Shown: positions 13,401 through 27,695, numbered from the whole stretch's first letter. The stretch is DNA of 63,845 nucleotides, filler included, from Collodictyon triciliatum (GCA_043381765.1; 3 parts of 3 records of this genome joined end to end with filler, not necessarily neighbours in it); one strand, 5' to 3'. Numbers and translations: made by a program. The notes: generated by a model from the sequence alone, not told the origin.

Positions 13401-13723
13401 AAGGTCTGCCCCCTCCTCTCCAATCAACCAATCAACCAATCAACCAATCAACCAATCAACCAATCAACCAATCAACCAATCAACCAATCAACCAATCAAC
13501 CAATCAACCAATCAACCAATCAACCAATCCCAACAATGTCCCCATTCCTCCATATCTACTTCCTTTGTTCCTCTCTTTCTGTTCTTTTCCTTTTATTTCC
13601 CCCTTCACTTCTGGTCTGTAACCTATGCCTGTCCGTCCTTGTGCGTGTAGGATGAGGTCGACTTCACCAGCGAGAGCGCCGCCGCTTCCTCCTCCACCTC
13701 CGGATATTCCCAGCAAGTCGATG
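10478..13723 (+). CDS. hppA: Membrane-integral ion-translocating pyrophosphatase, K+-dependent type; exons 10478-10727, 10993-11085, 11237-11307, 11464-11667, 11880-13403, 13651-~13723 (3' end uncertain)
   Basis: Motifs [93 protein letters not shown] introns restore the frame. Confidence 0.96.
13421..13528 (+). repeat. (AATCAACC)n tandem repeat in a PPase intron
   Basis: Perfect 8-mer array visible in the sequence. Confidence 0.95.
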
Positions 13724-14467
13724 AGTACGTTGTCTTACAGATTTTTTTTTTGTCTTTTGGTGCAGAAATCGGGTACTGTTATTCTTCTCTCCCCTTTCTA
13801 TTCTTTCCTACTCTTCACCCTACCTCAATTTTGTTGCAAAGCCCAACAAGCACACGACTGCACATGATCTTTTCTCTCGTTTTCGTTTCCATACCTCCCT
13901 TTTTTTTTTTTTGTTGGTAGATGTTTGGACGATTTGTGTGTTCAGCCAACAGTCGTGCTGGCATATTTGCGTCCACATCCACCCCACTCTTTTGTTATTC
14001 CCCCCCCAATCCAACCCAAACAGGGGCACCTCACTAACAATATACAATTTATAATAGATAAACATCACTTAGCTGCGGCACTCTTCCCACTCACCTGTTT
14101 TCCCCTCCTCGTCAAGAGAAATAAAAAAGAATCTCAAACGAAAAAAGAACGAGCCTAGTCCCCTCCCCTTCCCTGTGTTGTTGCTCATTTGCCCAGCTCT
14201 CCCTAGCGAAAACTCTGTCATTGCATTCTTCTAACCATATTGCGATGAACGACCAAAAGTACAGGGCAGAAAGAAAAACTAAACCAAGAGGTTAAAAAAA
14301 GAGAAGCCGAACCGACAGCAACGGTTAAGAACCACCTCAGGTGTGCTCACCCTCTCCCATCGCAACAAAGCAGATCCCTTTGATGGCAAACTAAAGTAGG
14401 ACGCTAATAAACAAAAGAGAACGACACCGCATCACCAGCAGACTTGCTTCCGCTACTTCGCAAGACA

Positions 14468-15623
14468 ATGTCCCTTGGACAGAAGCCTCCCAACACAAGG
14501 AAACTCAACCCACAACGCCTGGCTTCACCAGCCCCCACACAGACACAAAGTAATTACGCCTCGCTTGCACCCTTCTCTGCCAATAGTCGCGAATTCGGTA
14601 GCGACCTCTTGCACCCACCCGCCGTAGCTCAAGGCATTCCTTCCTCTGTGGAAGCCACTCGCAAGTGGGAGTTTGCCCAAGACCTCCACGCAAATGAGCC
14701 GGGTTCTACACCATCAACCTCCCCAACCCGATATTTTCCCTCTTTTGTTCATCACTCAGTAAAGGGGCTCTCTGATAGCAATGCAACACTGAGCGCCATT
14801 CCTTCCCCTGTATCAGAGTCTCTGTCTGAAATGGATTCCCAAACAGACTATGATTTGGAAGACGCCGTCTCAAGCCATCATGCAAAACACTTTGATTACC
14901 AAGGCAATAAGCAAACACACCGCTCAGGCATCCTTCAAGTCTCCTTTGAATTGCCACCAATCGATGACCCTCCTTACATGCAAGCTGTCTCAGATAATAC
15001 AAACACACCACAAACCTTGGTACACTCAACAAAAGATTACACCTTGGAACAAATGGAATATGCTTCCATCCCAGACACAATTAAAGAATTGGCCTTGGCA
15101 ATACAGACCCTCCATCACATATACCATCGTCTCATTGCAAAACTGTCAGAGTAATACATTTTTTCCCCCTTTATTCGATTGTCAGAGTAATACATAAAAT
15201 TCAAAATGAACAAAAATAAAAATATATATATGTATTCTTTTTTTTTTATTTTATTTTTTTTAAAAAAAATGAACCAACACACGCTCGATGATGTGGAGTC
15301 GAATACATATTTATTACTCTTCTCTATTGTATGTCATTCCATTTCTGTGGCATGAAAGATTGTCATGAGAATATAGGTTTTATTTTTACTTTTAGGATTT
15401 CATAGTCCCCATATTAAACTATTATTGTATATCTTTGCTATTATAATTTAATAGAGTAGAAGCCAGAAAATCTCCCAATGAACAGTTGATAATCGATTTA
15501 AAACATGACATCCAAAAGTAATTTTTTTGTTTGATATCATAGCTATTGGTTAAAAATTGAAGTATCATCCAGTAGAATTCAGCCATTTCCCATTTCAAAG
15601 ACTTTTCTTCTTCTCCTCTTCCT

Positions 15624-15719
<96 letters not shown>

Positions 15720-16714
15720 TTCTTGTTGATGTTCTTCAGAGTAGCATCATTATTGCTTTTATTATATATATGTTACCTTTCTTTGTTGCAGGAACAAATC
15801 TGACCAAGACCGGATAAAAAATGAACTGGCTAATATCGTCGTAGGAAAACTCATCAAACCATTGCAACCTTCGTACACAGAAGCTAAATATTCAGGGAAA
15901 AGTGAAGCCTTCTCAGAAAAAAGAGATACACATCCGACCCATCTTGAAAACTCAACCATGCATAACGAACCATATCAACCACCAACATCCACCACCGGAA
16001 ACCATGCATCAAATCAGCTCAATGGGTCCATAATATCCTCACTAACATTTCCTTCGTCATCCATAACCCACCAACCAAAACCTGACAAACCACCAATAGA
16101 AAATCCCCAAACATCGTCAGATGAAGCTTTTCTTCGACGAATGGAGCCGATGCCTCATTTGATGTCTTCATCTTCCTACAAATCACAGAGTCAGGCATAT
16201 TCTAGTTTATCAAGCAACCAGGTATATATAACCTCATCACCATTGTTAGAAAAAACGAAAAAAAAAAAGACAAAAAAGAATATGAGAACTGCCTCTAGTT
16301 CGTTCGTTCGTTTCTTTCTTTCAATACGAATCCCTCACCTAATCCTTTTTAGTGTTCACAAAAATCCTCAAACTCTTGACTTGTATGATGGTATCATAGT
16401 CCTGATAAGCTTTTATCACAAAATCCCTCCATTCTCTTACTTTTTTTTCTTTCATGAAGCTCCAACCCACACAAGCACAGCGCACTGTGTACACCTCTGG
16501 TCAACAGCCGCCAGAGAGGAAGCGGGATACATCCAACGGACTGGAAAGGATTCTCTCCCGCATGACTCTCACCACATCCCCAACCAAAAAGATTTTGAAT
16601 CCGGTTACCCCAGACCGGATTATATCAAAAATTCTTTTAGGGCCGAACGGGACTCATGGCAATATAAAAACGAGCGCCAACACAGCTTCGTCAAGACGAC
16701 TAAACTTTTCATGA
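14468..16714 (+). CDS. Uncharacterised multi-exon S/P/T-rich protein with a central helical segment
   Basis: Long ORFs 14468-15150, ~15792-16221 and ~16460-16714, plus a small exon near 15455-15517, all bounded by GT/AG; no recognisable domain. Confidence 0.5.
15160..15179 (-). mobile_element. 20-bp LINE family A-type 3' tip with 16-bp TSD
   Basis: Insert reads atcgaataaagggggaaaaa on the minus strand; flanked by perfect tgtcagagtaatacat at 15144-15159 and 15180-15195. Confidence 0.8.
15626..15718 (+). repeat. Poly(T) tract of ~90 nt, intronic
   Basis: Direct observation. Confidence 0.95.
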
Positions 16715-17123
16715 CTCAGTAGGGTTGCTCTTTCGTCCAAAAGCTCTCTCACAAAATCCCTTATTCTTGTGTATTACTTGCCAATATGGGTGTCTTAAAA
16801 TCTGAATTTTCCCTCTAAATAAAATTAAAAATTAAAATAATTTTTTTGTTTGTTTTGTATGCGACTGACTGCAGCAATAGATCTGACTGAACCAACAATC
16901 TGTTTATAAATCTGTGACAAGCTTCTTGTGCCTCTTGAAGAAAGTAGAAAAAAAAAGAAAGAAGGATAAGAACATAGAAGGGCTTGAATTTGGCCATAAG
17001 AGACGACTGAATAGAGGCAGGGTGTTCAAGAAAAACAAGGGGCATCAATCAAGGGAGGAGATAGAGGCCGAAAGGAAAAGAGAAAACAACCAGGAGAGTT
17101 TGTCACCTAGGATTACGTGCGAG

Positions 17124-17922
17124 TTACTTGTGCTCAGAACCATAAGTCTTTCTCAATTCGTCCCTGAATCAAGCATAGACAAGCATATGAGCAGACTATA
17201 TCATATTTTTTTTTTTTTGCTCGCATGTAAAGCTTTACAGTCGCTTTAGTGTAAAGTAGGCACACACCAACGCAAAGACGAAACAGTGGCAAGTAAGGAA
17301 CGAAAAGGGACAAAATACAAACCCGACTTCCGTGCGCACAGGGATACGATCCTGGGTGCGAACAAGACCAGGATATGCGGGGTCGTTTGCATGGTAGGGA
17401 AGGATGCCTAGCAATAAGAGAATAGATGGTTAGATGCTTACAGATAATTAAGACAAAACACTACTTCTTTGCTATCACAGAACTAAATCAAATGCCGCAA
17501 GTGGAGCGTACAAGCATCACTCACCAGTGGTGTAGCCAGAGTACTTTTCAGTGTTCGCACCAGTTTGTTTCTAGTCAGTGAAGTTTATTTTGCATATAAG
17601 TAGAGGTAAAAGTAAGCTTACGTTTAATATAAAAAAAGAAAAGAAAAGAAAAAGGGAGGAGGTTACGCCACTACAGCGGGGAAGTGAAGGTGGGTGTGAG
17701 AATACCTTGTAGGCATCAACAGAAGCCTGCTTGCCCCTGCACAAAAAGAAACCAGATTGAAGGAGTGGGAATACTTGGATGTCGAAAAAGTGAATAAATA
17801 ACCGAGTCCCGATCACACAAGAACACGGCAAAATACAAGTCGGATCAATTCCAGTGTTGCAATAAAAAGCGACCGCACCTGTCTTCACGCGCAATGCGTT
17901 GCTTCCAGCAGTCCGACGTCAT
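17124..17922 (-). CDS. Small multi-exon hypothetical protein (MTSDCWKQRIAREDR...)
   Basis: ATG followed by short GT-AG bounded exons; phase of exons 3-4 not fully resolved. Confidence 0.35.
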
Positions 17923-18172
17923 GTGCGCCGATCCCAAATGGCGAACGTCACTCATACCGAAGGCTTCCTCTTTGAATAAAGTTTGGGGTTATTATAAACG
18001 CAGTTACGAGGGTTCGGAGCTCAACAGACTGGCTTGGTGGATGGCGGCGGACTCGCATTGCCTCTGCTCTGGTTTGCCTGATTCATCCCGTGATCCCTTT
18101 CTTTTTCAAGAGAAGGGTTTCCGCAATAGGGCGAAGAGTAACTGCCAAATAAATCCGTGAGGCAAAAAGGTA

Positions 18173-18245
18173 TGCTCCGAGTGAGGATCGAACTCACGAC
18201 CTTGGGATTATGAGACCCACGCTCTACCAACTGAGCCATCGAAGC
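18173..18245 (-). tRNA. tRNA-Met (CAT), elongator type
   Basis: GCTTCGA TGGCTCAGTTGGTAGAGC G TGGGT CTCATAA TCCCA AGGTC GTGAG TTCGATC CTCAC TCGGAGC A: cloverleaf, G1:C72, TTCG T-loop. Confidence 0.96.
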
Positions 18246-18729
18246 TTCTTAGACAAATAGGAGAGATTATGGTAATATCATTTATTAATTGACAAACTTA
18301 TTCTTTTCTCTTTCCTCTTGCTTCCAATCAAAGACCTTTTATTGTACACAGCGTCTTTTTCAGGCCCACCGCCTTTTTGGTTGTCTGTGCTTAATTATTC
18401 ATCGGGGGTTTGAGAAAGATAGGTTTTCAGTGCCAACAGTATTTTTCATTTTCATTGTCATTTTGTTGGTTATTTCCTTTTTTATTTTTTTATTTTTAAT
18501 CCTGGTGTTAAAAGCGAATTATCTTTCCTTGGCCGTCTGAATATTTATTCTTTCATTCTTCCATCACGCATTTATCATAAAGTTTCCACTCAAAGTTATT
18601 TGTTTTTTTTCTTTCCATTTCGAAATGCTGTGCTGATGGATAAAAAGAACTCTCTGGTAAGACCCTCGTCCAAATGTCTTTCTTCTCTTTCTTTCTTCTC
18701 TGCTTGTAGGACTTGCATACGAGAGCGAA

Positions 18730-21700
18730 ATGAGCCGCTCCGATAAGAAGGACACCCGCCAAAGCACACACCCGACCCTAGTGCCAGCGGCAACCTTAGT
18801 GCAGCCGGGAGAACTCGGTGGCTCGCCTCCAAGAAACCCCGAGGATCGAATCCAAGCAAGTCAGGCTCACAGCTCCAAATCACCCACTCAGATAGTTCCT
18901 CAGCCACCACTTTCTGCTCGCAAAAGCACCACAACGAAGTCGTCTCGAAGACCCCAAACCACCCAGGTTGGCGGGTCCAAAGCCGTCGATGCAGTTCCTC
19001 GAGATTTTTCAGATTTTGATACCCTCGCTTCGTCTGGTCTCAGGTAATGAAGAGCTTAATTGTTGAAGTGATTATGCGAGTGTTTTGTAGTTAGAAAGCC
19101 ATATTTATTATTATTATTATTATTGTTGTTTAAACGTTATTCATGTTCTCCCAGCCGGCATATCACCCTTAGTTTTTTTTTTATTTCTTGCGAGCTGGGC
19201 ATGTTACGCACATATATACTGATTTATTCTGGATATATGTTGTATATGTACAGGGCTGTTAATATTAATATTTTATAGATAGCCATAAAACATTATTTCG
19301 GTTGTTAAATAATAATAGAGTTGAAGGAATTAACCAACACAATCATCCTTTAACATATTGAATCAAGTGACGGGGAAGGTGGGGGCCAAGATGAGAGTTT
19401 TCGATTTCGAGCAAAGTCATCATCAGTATACTTTGAAGTCAAACTCCGTGAACTACTGCAACACAAGAACAAACCTGGACCGAATGCAGAATATATATCA
19501 TTGTGTATGAACTTCTTTGGTACTGCGACTTTCTCATCGAGCATATTCATTTATGTTATACTTTTCATTTTTTTTTTTTATGAAATTATAAAAACCAAGG
19601 ACACTACCACAAGGAATACTTAATAAGTCGAGTCATTCTAACTCGTAGACATGATTTATTATACGGATGTTTTTCTAAAATATCATCGTGCCATTCTCAA
19701 ATCTATAGAGGAAATACTACCACACTTGGGTGGTTTTCAGCCTGTTGCAGCAACCTTACATAAGGAAATCACTGAAGCGATATACTCTGAGGTAAGTAAG
19801 TGGCTGTATTCGCTCATATGTTTAAACTGTAATATTTAAGGTCTCCTATTCGATGAACTTTGCTTAATGAATACATGGTAATAATCAAAAACCATATTGT
19901 TAAAATAAACGGTTCAAGATCGCACTGAACTTGCCACATGGGTGTAGGAATATACCGTATCAGATTCTTCAGTTGCTATACAGAAAATACCTTTTTTCGA
20001 GCTTCTGAAAAGAACGAAGGAGGAACGGTAGTACATTTTGATGTCATGTCTATTCACTGTGGGATTGTATAGGCCTAAAAGATTTACTTCTACTCCTTGA
20101 ATACACTTTTGATATACACCACGATATCATATATACACAGGGCACAAATAGCGTCGACCTTCGAACAGGAAAAACAGCATGTCCTTCACCAAAAGAGGCA
20201 ATTGGAGCTCGAATGTGACGCCCTTATCGAACAAGTAAAGTTGCTACGGTAATTATCAAATTTTCAGGCTTGATTCAACAATTTCTTTCATCCCATTTAT
20301 GGCCTCTACACTCCTTTTTTTTGTCTTGACTTAATATTATGTTAATGATATCAGTTTGGAGTATACAAGATCTCAACAAACTATAGTAGAACAGTCAGAT
20401 AAAATTAGGGACATGGGAACACGTTTATCCGTATGATTTTTTTTCCCAATAGCTTTTAATTATACTTGTGCGCATTTTAAATGTTTGAGTCGGAACTGAT
20501 TTTTTTTTATCCAACCGTTCAAGAAATTCGAAAGGTCAAAAGAGTTACATGAAAGAGAAGCTACAGCAGGAGTCCGAGTATTGGAGAAAAGAATCATAGG
20601 TCTCACGGTAAGTTAATAATTGATAACTATCTTTCATATATTTATACCAAAGCCAACATCCCTACGGTCCTGCACAAAAATTGAAAGGAAGAATAAAAAA
20701 AATTATCTTTCATATATATTTATTTCTCAAGGGAATAAAGGAAATCATATTGCAACGCTGAAAATAAAAACACTTAGGCTTCCAAGCATCATAGTCAACG
20801 ATACCTTTCTCTTTTTTTTCAGTGGTAATCACTCCTTAATTTCCAGAAACGATTAGAAAAATCTGAGAGAGATCGAATGGAATTAATGAAGTATAAGGAC
20901 AGGGCTGAAACTTTAGCACAAAGTTAGTATCTCACAACGAATCATGCTATCAATCAACCATTGTTTTTTTTTTCCATTTCTTTTAGCCGTATGTAAAATA
21001 GATTGATATCAACTTCATTAGAATTCTCAATATCCATGCACGTAACTGAGCCTGGGTTGCGAGCAATGCCTTCTGATCCAGAGAAAGGAGAGCATAATCT
21101 AGAAATGCCTTTGCCAAAAGGGCGGGAAATATTTTTGTCCACAATGAAGAATCTAACACCAACTCCTGTTGAAATTGAAGACCATAGAAAATTCGTTTCG
21201 GTGGTACATTTTAATTCTGCATGTACATGTGAAAGTAAAAAAAAAATTGATAAAATAGTAATCTTGTTGTGTATCATTTGCATTGTCTTATGTTTGTTCT
21301 CTCTAATTCACTCTTTTGACTCTAATACATTCATGAAGTTATTTGTCTTATGCACGCAAGCGCGTGCATCCTGAGATAAGGTCTTTCATTAAAATAAAGA
21401 CGATTTTCAACGATAAATAGTTGCATAAAAATGAGTTACTGGAGAGCCGAAAGCTTGAAAGCCAGTTACTTAGTCTTCGCAATCAACTAATAACCCAATA
21501 TGAAGAGAATTATTCTAAAGCCTCTGTAACCAGAGACCCTCAAGAAGTAGGCATCAATATTTTGATTAAAATATATTCTTGTGCATTTTTTTCCGCTTGA
21601 AAAACAAGAAGAAACTTCATTATTATTTATTTGTTACTATCATTACCACTATTGCTATTGCTATTGCTATTGCTATTGCTATTCCTATAACTATTCCTAT

Positions 21701-24613
21701 TCCTATTGCTATTCCTATTTGATTAATAGTGGTAATATTTAGATTTTTAAAGAAAAGCAGAAGCTTGTGGATGAATTTTCATACCTTGAAGAAGAATTGG
21801 ATATGGTTCGCAAGACAATAGTAAGACTGGAGCAAGAGCAGCCTAAGTCCGAACTTTTTTTTTTAATATAAATATAATATTTACATTGAAGACCATTTCT
21901 TTTAACTCTTATGTCTCATGTGTGTATTACAGCGACGGCCAATATGTCACTGATATGTACATACCGAAAAACAAGCATTCTATCTACGTATAGACTTTCT
22001 AAATTTATATCCGCACTTTTAATGTTTGGCTATCATACGTTTGCCCTCAACATAAGAATTTAATATCAATACTTTGTTCCATGTCTAATTAATCAAAGAA
22101 AGCTTTACATAAATGGATTTTCTTTCGTAACTCAATTAGGTTTCAGTCTCCTATGACGGAGGAAAAAGTTTTAATTATGTAAAAGAGATGACCTTCTGTA
22201 GATACTGTGGTGAAAAAGTAATACAAAAAAATGTTACACACATTAAAAAGGTTCTTTGCGCAAATGCAGTGCAATCGATAATTTTTTTTTGGAGTATTTA
22301 GGTGTTCATTTGTGTCCATAGACCAACCGACGATATCACCTTTGGGCTATATAGTTACACTAATGCATCACATATTCGCATTTCACGACCAAAGATTGAC
22401 CTTCTTGCATCTGCATATTTCCACGAACCAGAATATGTAACCGTCCATAATTCTCTTATGATTTCACTCAAGAACAGAGATGAGAAAGCTTGTTCTATCC
22501 ACTAATTTTTTTAAAATAGTATGCTCATAAACATCAACATCAAATTAAAACATAGCACGTCTCATTGCCCAATCATTCTTACTGGCAATTGTATAAAGAG
22601 TATGGTGGTCTCGTCCCACGCCAGGTTTATATTTGAATACATCGCTATAAGCCAATGTGACAGAGTTTCCTCAATCGACAGCAATAGAAACAAAAGAGAC
22701 AAGAAAAAAAAAAGAAGGAAATATGAACGAACAAAAGACCAACCATTATCATATTCAGGTGTATTTTTCATCTTTTATCTCATTTCATCCGTTCCCTTCT
22801 AACCACACAGCCTCGTTCCTTGGGAGTGGAGACTATTAAAGCGATTTTCGAGGAAGTGTTCATCTCAAAGGATAAGAACGAAGAAGGTGACCACCCCATC
22901 GCAGAATTCGGGGTAATGCCATACCTTGAATGAACTTTTTCATTCAACTCAATTAGGTTTCACATCAAAGTCGATAATTTTCTGAATATTTTTATCATCA
23001 TACCGTTGAGTGCTTACTTTTTTCTTCTCACAGAAATATTTTATGGAGTACATACTGGAGAAATATCATGGGGTGGCTGGTGTTTCCTTGACAACCACTT
23101 ACGAAATTTTCCGTGCCATGGACAAATATGTAGAAGATGATATGGTTTGCATAATTCTTTTACGCCTTTTTATTTTCTATATTAAACTGAGCTAAAAGAG
23201 GTCCTTATTTTCGACTATATTCATTCATATTGTAATGTGTGCCATTCCCAGGAAGTTAAGTTCTTTTCTGCACTCTTGAATAGCGAAGTGGACGAATGCT
23301 CATGGAGATATATACTTCTGATCAGAAAATTGATACGTATAATTTACAATACATATTCATTACCCACCTTGAATCGAGTAAACGTAGAAAAAAAAACATT
23401 TATCTCCCTGTAGATTAATAATTATGTCAATATATTTGGTGCTGCTATTACAATCATAAATTACGGTTCATTTCTTTTCACTAGGAGAGTCACAGAACAC
23501 TTTTTCATCGCAAGAAAATATTGTTGAGTTTGCCAGGTAGCTTCATGATATCTAATATTTATGTATATCAAATATTCCGGAAAAGCCCAATTTTCAGTTT
23601 TTTTTTATTCTATTTTTTAGCGATCACTTTACTTTATATCTCTCACATTCATGTTGAGTTCATAATAACCCAAACGATTTTTTTTAGCGTCCTCTATGAT
23701 GAATTCCCAGAGAATTCAGTAGCCGAACTCCGAAGTGAAATCGATTCGTTTGCAACTGGGAAAGTCTCCGACGATGTATCTATTTTACTTTCATTTTCAT
23801 TTATTTATTCATTTATTAATTAGAATATGATTTTTTTGTCACAATATCGACAGCTGAAATTCAGGTCATTCTCAGATGTCTTATGAGGTTGTATTTTATT
23901 GCATGTAAATATGTTAGGTTATTCTTCATTTTTTCATTTCCACAACGATGAGTTTGAAAGACTACAATATCGTGCAGGTTTTTATTACCCGTCCCATTTC
24001 CTTTATTTTTTTTTCTGTCTGTGTTAATCATAATAGTTTCCTAGAAATAATCTTTTTTGTGTTGATAATGAAACCAACAGTCCTAATTTAACAACTTCTG
24101 GTAACCTAGATGCAGAGAAAGCTCGCAGAATACGCTGATAAATCATTATGCGGGAGGTAGAGCTCTACATAGCACAAATATTGTATTTTCGTTCCAAATC
24201 TCACGAGGACATACACTAAGATATTTTCATGGCGCATCTTTTGTCAATAAAAATCTAATTTTAAACCAACTGCATATATAACTGTTGCTTTATTCCTAAA
24301 CAACAGCACTTTGCCACTCGATCTCTTCCTGGTATTTGTACAACAAACACTCCCGACTGTGGTTCGAACCATTGCCATTCGACATTACAAGTGTTCTGAA
24401 CGCAGCACTACTTCAAATATGGTCTCTTTGAGTCGACTGGCATGTAATTTTTCTCCGTACATGATAACAATTCATTTTTGCATTCTTATTTTGAAGACGT
24501 ACATACCAGTGACTGATATAATATACTTGGTAGTGATTATGTCTTACTTGTCCCTTTCGTCGAATTACTCAAAGAAACTTCGACAGCTAAAGGAAATCAC
24601 CCAGAATATGTAA
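18730..24613 (+). CDS. Intron-dense coiled-coil protein, TSNAXIP1-like (probably ciliary)
   Basis: Chain of many short GT-AG exons: YFEVKLRELL...LGGFQPVAATLHKEITEAIYSE, coiled coils, then KYFMEYILEKYHG...YEIFRAMDKYVEDDMEVKFFSALLNSEVDE, resembling the TSNAXIP1 family by eye. Confidence 0.55.
20646..20702 (+). mobile_element. LINE family B 3' tip with TSD, intronic
   Basis: accaaagccaacatccctacggtcctgcacaaaaattgaaaggaagaataAn, flanked by tatctttcatata(ta)tttat at 20628-20645 and 20704-20723. Confidence 0.8.
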
Positions 24614-25091
24614 ATATGCGATGAACCGCAATACTCAATAATGTGGCATTAAAAAAAATAAATGCACCCAAATCGCTATTTATACATGCAAAAAAATATG
24701 AATACTTATTCCTGCCCCAAAACACATAAGGAGACACACACTTTGCACAAATCGAAAGGATGGATAACATAATACAAATACCCTCGTTGTTTATATTTAT
24801 TTTACAAGACCAACATAATATAGAGACAGCAAATTAATTTGGCATCAGAAAAAAAGAAAAGAAAAAAGGGGCAAGGTGATGGAAATCTGGATAACCAATG
24901 CACTGGGCGAAGGACAATCTTAAACAGAAGGGCGCTCCATCGCGTTTTCATGTCCAAATGAACTGAGGTGATGCGATACAGAGTTGGGTGGCACGTACGT
25001 TGCTCTGAGAGACGACAATAAACTGAATTTAAATATCGCAATCGCGGGTATAGATGAGGAAATATGAAGACTAATGCATAGATAAAGGGAC

Positions 25092-27478
25092 TTACGGTGG
25101 TGGGCTGCGACTGGATTCTTCATCCTTCCATGGATTCGGACGAGGGGAGAGAACTTTGACGGTCACATTCTTGTTCGGTATTCGCACAAGCTTCTTTCCA
25201 GTCAGACCTGAGATAAACATGTTTAGCAAAAATCAAACAAATGAAAACAGATACCTTGATATGATTAATTCCTCTAAATTATTGTAATGTGATACAAAGA
25301 TTCAGGTTCACCGTGGTTAGGAAGATATTCGACGTTTGGCACAGGACTATCGGGCATCATACGATTTGGCTGAATGATAAGAAAAAAAAGGATAAAAAAC
25401 AGTAAGAAAAGAAAACAGAAAAGGTGATAAAAACAGATTAAGTAAGAGTAGAAACAAAGGAGTTCTATGAGAATGATGTATTTAAGATGCACAAGTATGA
25501 GATAATCTGAAAGAAAACTCTTGCATACTTGATTTCTTGATTCTCCTCTTGTATGTTGCCGGTGTGAACGTAGGGCGTTTCCAGGCAAGTAATCTCCCAC
25601 CAAAGTGAATCCATCGCAGAGTCCATTTTCGATGGTCCCTTTGGGAAATATCTCTCCATATATGTAATCAAAGTACTCCTGTTTGCATTTGACCACATCA
25701 ACCAACCAAACGTGAGCATGCATCAATCTTACATATGTTTGCTTGATATACTAAATTGTATGTCATTCAGGAACGCTTTGGAATTTGGCGTTTTAAACTC
25801 ACAGGGTGGGTGGCTGGATTCATCCTCGATAAGCCAGTATTTCTCGGTGGCTCAAATGTCGTGACCGAGCAGGATGACCCTTAAAAGAATGATTATCTTG
25901 AATATATATTTTGCTGCCGATAATTTAAACACCAATGCGAGGATACCTTGAAGTCTAAGCGACTTATCATTTTCGGGCAGAGTTTTTTGGGGCCTTTGAA
26001 TATATTACTGCGATTAGAGGGAACCCATCCAATATATTCGAAATACGGATAGAGTATTTATGATAAAATATTTTGGGTGAATATTTACGGAGAATTGTTT
26101 ATTTTCGGCATGGTTAGGCTTTCCCGCTGGCTTATTTCATAATCTTGTCTGAGATTGTGTTCTTTGATGCCAACATTACATATAAATGGTTTGAAAAGAG
26201 AAAAAAAAACATAATAAATGGAACATACCAGCATACCAAATTAAAAAGCAGATACGAAAGAAGACACGAAAGCAAAACAAAGGAAGGATAATTCTTCATT
26301 TCGATTGAACATATATAAATTTCTGCACTCACTGGAGTTCAGAGACTTCTTTCCTCCGGAAGTCACCTGCGGCAATAGATCGATAAAATTTTTTTTCAAA
26401 AAAAGCCATAATAAATAAGAAACCAACGAAATAAAAAAAATGGATACACATTAACCTTTGGCGTCGATTTTTCATTGATATCGATCGATGACAGCACCCT
26501 GGCGGGCGAGTTTTGAGGAGGTGATGGCATTCGAACAGGAATGTTGATTTGCTGGAGATGGAGTTTTGTCGACGGTTTCCTAATAATAGCAATATATTTC
26601 CCTAAGGAATGAGAGCATGTACAGTTTTAACGGGAAGACAGCAATTGGTTGAAATAAAATTTACATAGTATATCCAGGAGGCTCTATACCAGCTCTATGC
26701 GGTCGTTCTTCTGCGATTGGAATGTTAATGTCTCTGGCCTGATGCTCAGCTATAGAGTGCGAGTGTTATGGTTGACATTTGCTATATTTCAGAAATCATA
26801 TGAATGAAGATTAAAAAGAGCTCAAAATACTGAAATGTATTCTTACATCTATTCTCCATATACGAGCGGTTCCATGCAGTAAATTTGGATCCTTTTACTT
26901 GGAACGGGACATTCCTAGATTCACTATGTGGGGTTCCGTGGGGTGGGGATGTGTGCGAGGGATGTAAAGAAGATTTCCCCTTCTTTGTGTATTTAATTTT
27001 ATCTAATTAAGTCAAACAACTCGATGTATACATACGCATATTTATTTTGGAAGGGATACAGAGCCCCTATATACTCAGTCAAAGGACACAATTATCATGA
27101 AGAGTATATCTGACTCATAAATTAAACAACAGAGACCATAAAACACCATTGGAATATCCTTTAAATAGACTTTATACTATTTATACTTTTTTTGTATAAA
27201 AAAAAAAAAGGAAGGGAGGGTTGAATACTCACGATGGTCTGCAATCGAACCAGGTCGTGGCTGAAGGAGATATCTGCTGAGGTTTGAACAGAAGGCCGGG
27301 TGAGCTTTGGGAGCGGGCGAAGAGCGAGCAGCTGCAAGTCCGACTGAACAGCGTCGTTTGTTGCTTTGGCCTCCAACTCGGCCTTGCGAATCCGGACCTC
27401 GAGCCGCTGAACGAGTCCAAGATCGGGAGCGGACCGTGGCGAGTAGACGTAGCAGGCTTCAGGCGGGGAGCTTTCCAT
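25092..27478 (-). CDS. Uncharacterised multi-exon protein (MESSPPEACYVYSPRSAPDL...)
   Basis: GC-richer first exon ending at a GTGAG donor, further coding-like exons (DAHVWLVDVVKCKQEYFDYIYGEIF) and a terminal exon ...PNPWKDEESSRSPPP*. Confidence 0.5.
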
Positions 27479-27695
27479 AACGATTTGCCAAGGACTATGA
27501 CAACATCGGGTCAAGTTGAGCCAAGAAATAGAGAAGAAAAAAGCGAATAAAAGAAAGCAAAAAAGTGTCACCATTCGGCACAAATGGAGATGAAGAAAAA
27601 AAAGAAGAAAAAAAGAAGAAAAAAAGAAGAAAAAAAGAAGAAAAAAAGAAGAAAAAAAGAAGAAAAAAAGAAGAAAAAAAGAAGAAAAAAAGAAG

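Noticed and set aside
13421-13528. (AATCAACC)n as a telomere-like or CRISPR-like array
   Set aside because: No spacers, intronic and internal; a simple microsatellite
11817-13621. Long antisense and alternate-frame ORFs (540, 449, 296 aa) over the PPase
   Set aside because: Expected shadow ORFs of very high GC3 coding sequence; no domain content
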